64,000 nt of DNA from assembly GCA_965198995.1 (NCBI GenBank), contig CBDAQG010000002.1, positions 1,141,232-1,205,231 of the forward strand, written 5' to 3'. The position numbers were made by a program, and so were the translations under genes. Under the pieces are notes generated by a model. That model made no database searches, was not told the origin of the DNA, and saw only the letters and a list, made by a program, of their open reading frames with translations. Source of the DNA: Acetobacteraceae bacterium (lineage in GTDB: Bacteria > Pseudomonadota > Alphaproteobacteria > Acetobacterales > Acetobacteraceae). This document shows, in pieces, positions 61,868 to 64,000 of the stretch. Each line of letters begins with the position of its first letter. Positions within the stretch are counted from its first letter, which is position 1.

Positions 61868-63267
61868 GGGCGAAGCCGGGCGACCAGCCTCGTCCAGCGC
61901 CGCGGCCAACGTCCGAACACCCTCGGCTGCCAGGCGGCGAACGCGGCGGCCTTGGTGATCTCGGACCGTGTCGGATAGGGCACGATGGCCGAGCCAAGGG
62001 CGAAGCTCGACGCCCTACCGGTGATCGCCTGCGACCAGGGCAGCAGCAGCTCGCCGGCGCGCGCACCGACGATGGTCACGCCCACCACCTTGCCGCGGGC
62101 GCGGATCAGCTTGAGAAAGCCGGTGGGATCGCCCTCGGTGACCGCGCGGTCGTTGTCGGCGACGTCTTCGCGGGTCACCTCGATGCTCCTATGCGTGGCC
62201 CGGGCGTCCCGTTCGGTCAGCCCGATCTGCGCCAGCTCGGGATCAAGGTAGGTGACGCGCGGCAGGGCGCGCCAATCAACTTTCACCGGCAGGCCGGTCG
62301 CGACCTGCAGCGCGACCAGCGAGCCCTCGTAGCCGGCGACGTGGGTGAAGCGCGGCCCGGCGCGGCAGTCGCCGATGGCGAAAATGCGCCGGTTGCTGGT
62401 CCGCCGGCGCGCGTCGACGACGATGCCGTTCGCCGTGTGACGCACGACCGCCGCGTCCAGCCCAAGGGCGCCGATGTTGGCGCGGCGGCCGGCGGCGACC
62501 AGCAGGTGCGACCCGGAGACGCGGCGGCCGTCGGCCAGGGCGAGGACGATCTGGTCGCCCTGCTGCTTCGCCTGGACGATTTCGGCGCCGGACATCAGGC
62601 GGACGCCCTCCTGGTGCAGCCGCGCGAGCAGGATGGCCGCCGCGTCCTCGTCGGCATGGCCGAGCGGCTGGGCGGCCTCCACCACCGTCACGTCGCTGCC
62701 CAGGCGGCGGAAGGCCTGCGCCATCTCGCAGCCGATCGGGCCGCCGCCGAGGACCAGCAGGTGGCTGGGCAGCGCCTCGAGGTCGAACAGGGTTTCGTTG
62801 GTGAGATAGGGTGTTTGATCGAGGCCGGGGATCGGCGGGACCGCGGGCCGGGACCCGGTGGCGATGACGATCCGCGGCGCCGACAGCCGGCGGTTGCCGG
62901 CCATGATCGAGCGCCCGTCGAGAAACTGCGCGGGCGCGCGGATCACCTCGATGCCGAGCGCCTCGAAGCGCTCCTGCGCATCGTGCGGCGCGATCGCCGC
63001 GATGGCGCCGTGCACGTGTTCTCGAACGCCGGCGAAGTCGACCTCCGGCGCGCCAAGCCGAATGCCGAGCCGCGATCCTTGCCGGCCGGCTTGCGCGCGG
63101 GCGGCGGCCGCGATCAGCGCCTTGGATGGCACGCAGCCGGTATGGAGGCACTCGCCTCCCATCGCGCCCTGCTCGATGAGCGCGACCTTCAGGCCGAACA
63201 TCGCCGCGCCCCCGGCGGCGGTCAGCCCGGCCGCTCCGCCGCCGATGACGATCAGCTCATGGGTCAT
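61864..63267 (-). CDS. FAD-dependent pyridine nucleotide-disulfide oxidoreductase (dihydrolipoyl dehydrogenase/mercuric reductase-like, class I)
   Basis: From the ATG at 63267 it reads MTHELIVIGGGAAGLTAAG (FAD GxGxxG), GGECLHTGCVPSK (redox CxxxxC), LLVLGGGPIGCEMA (NAD site) and IFAIGDC, followed by a dimerisation domain. The first 32 codons of the track ORF are repeat sequence. Confidence 0.88.
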   Translation of the reverse strand: MTHELIVIGGGAAGLTAAGGAAMFGLKVALIEQGAMGGECLHTGCVPSKALIAAAARAQAGRQGSRLGIRLGAPEVDFAGVREHVHGAIAAIAPHDAQERFEALGIEVIRAPAQFLDGRSIMAGNRRLSAPRIVIATGSRPAVPPIPGLDQTPYLTNETLFDLEALPSHLLVLGGGPIGCEMAQAFRRLGSDVTVVEAAQPLGHADEDAAAILLARLHQEGVRLMSGAEIVQAKQQGDQIVLALADGRRVSGSHLLVAAGRRANIGALGLDAAVVRHTANGIVVDARRRTSNRRIFAIGDCRAGPRFTHVAGYEGSLVALQVATGLPVKVDWRALPRVTYLDPELAQIGLTERDARATHRSIEVTREDVADNDRAVTEGDPTGFLKLIRARGKVVGVTIVGARAGELLLPWSQAITGRASSFALGSAIVPYPTRSEITKAAAFAAWQPRVFGRWPRRWTRLVARLRP

Positions 63268-63289
63268 TGGTAAACACTCAGAAGAACGG

Positions 63290-63426
63290 CCGGGACTTTG
63301 CCCCTGGACCCCATCGTCATGCGAACGCGTGCTTCGCGCGACGCCGGAGCCTTTGAAATCCATTCCTTAAGAAATGGGGTCTGGGGCCTCGGGCCCCAGC
63401 GGGTCCAGGGCAGAGCCCTGGCCTTT
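63290..63426. repeat. repeat cluster (A with C-type replacement, D, E)
   Basis: It runs gggactttgcccctggaccccatcgtcatgcgaacgcgtgcttcgcgcgacgccggagcctttgaaatccatt ... ggggtctggggcctcgggccccagcgggtccagggcagagccctggcc. Confidence 0.85.
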
Positions 63427-63427
63427 T

Positions 63428-64000
63428 TTATCGGACTGAAGGGTAATCGCGTGCCAGCCGCGCGCGTGCGCCAAGAGCCCAGAGCATGCCGACCTTGAAG
63501 TAGATCCAGTTTGCCCGGATCGGCCCCCAGGCGGCGACCCGCCGGTCGGAGGTGTGGACCACGCGGTTGACCAGCCGGATTCGTCCGAGCCGGATGAACT
63601 TGATGCACAGATCCGCCTCTTCCATGACCGGCAGGCCGGGGTCGCAGCCGCCGACGGCGAGGAAGTCGGCGCGGCGGAAGAACATCGCGTGGTCGCCGAA
63701 CAGCAGCCGGACGCCACGCAGGAACAGATGCGGGCGGCAGAGAAGCGGCGCGTACCAGGTCTTGATCAAGTTGTGGAAGCTGGTGCCCCAGCGCGTCGTC
63801 CGCTCGCCGGCGATCAGCGGCGTGAAGCCGGCCAGCGCCGTCTGCGGGTCGGCCATCACCCGCTCGATCACCGCGACCATGTCGTCGGGCGGCAGCGTGT
63901 CGGCGTGCAGCACGCAGACGAGCGCGCCGGTCGCCGCGTTCACGCCGGCATTGATCTGCACGCCCCGCCCCGTTGGCGACGCGACGACGCGCCAGCCCGC
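63428..64000 (-). CDS. glycosyltransferase family 2 protein (C-terminal part; 5' end beyond the window)
   Basis: The frame stays open to position 64000. It reads ..QINAGVNAATGALVCVLHADTLPP...DHAMFFRRADFLAVGGCDPGLPVMEEADLC.., the GT2 DxD-downstream region. Confidence 0.75.
   Translation of the reverse strand, partial: AGWRVVASPTGRGVQINAGVNAATGALVCVLHADTLPPDDMVAVIERVMADPQTALAGFTPLIAGERTTRWGTSFHNLIKTWYAPLLCRPHLFLRGVRLLFGDHAMFFRRADFLAVGGCDPGLPVMEEADLCIKFIRLGRIRLVNRVVHTSDRRVAAWGPIRANWIYFKVGMLWALGARARLARDYPSVR

Overview
This is a 64-kb segment of a very GC-rich chromosome. Gene order (purN-purM, hda-ppk-ppx, guaA next to an RsmB-like methyltransferase) points to an alphaproteobacterium, possibly Acetobacteraceae-like; the taxon is an inference. 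I support about 58 protein-coding genes or pseudogenes and found no rRNA, tRNA or CRISPR array.

Main blocks:
(1) 1-13 kb is housekeeping: a partial ABC-F ATPase, ndk, purN, purM, hda, ppk1 and ppx. A solute-binding protein and a large ELWxxDGT/DUF4214 repeat protein are inserted between purM and hda.
(2) 13-28.3 kb is a complete but rearranged type II secretion locus: a lytic transglycosylase, gspG, then MATE and a Tat-signal ferritin-like gene, gspO, then gspE-F-H-I-J, a MITE, and gspL-M-C-like-D-K.
(3) 28.4-35.6 kb holds an IclR regulator, prpD-prpC, a PiT phosphate transporter, a TMEM175-like channel and an iron permease-like gene.
(4) 35.9-42.3 kb is a surface-modification-like block: a twice-frameshifted GT-C-like gene, a sulfotransferase, a glucosyltransferase-domain membrane protein and a Hint-domain protein.
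(5) 42.9-45.7 kb is a decaying region: a cupin gene and its degenerate direct copy bracket an SPFH gene and a frameshifted EEP nuclease/phosphatase gene.
(6) 45.7-48.95 kb is a visibly AT-richer islet next to guaA. It carries a stand-alone PD-(D/E)xK (HsdR_N-type) protein, a lipoprotein, a relic of a second nuclease-family copy, and a DUF2806 protein. This is my best candidate for an uncharacterised (defence-like) module.
(7) 52.8-58.9 kb is a lower-GC metal-handling block: copC, an outer-membrane protein, a TonB-dependent receptor, DUF1636 and a cupin.
(8) 59.1-63.3 kb is a translationally coupled four-gene operon: disulfide oxidoreductase, ArsS/ArsL-like radical SAM, aquaglyceroporin and ArsM. 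It suggests organoarsenical biosynthesis.

Intergenic DNA is saturated with two repeat systems. One is a mosaic family of GC-rich hairpin modules at 15 or more loci, sometimes nested and sometimes extending into gene ends. The other is an AT-rich element of about 135-150 bp with terminal inverted repeats, present twice.

Many long ORFs in the supplied track are antisense or out-of-frame shadows typical of high-GC DNA and were rejected. All homology statements come from reading the translations and recalling family signatures. No database search was run.
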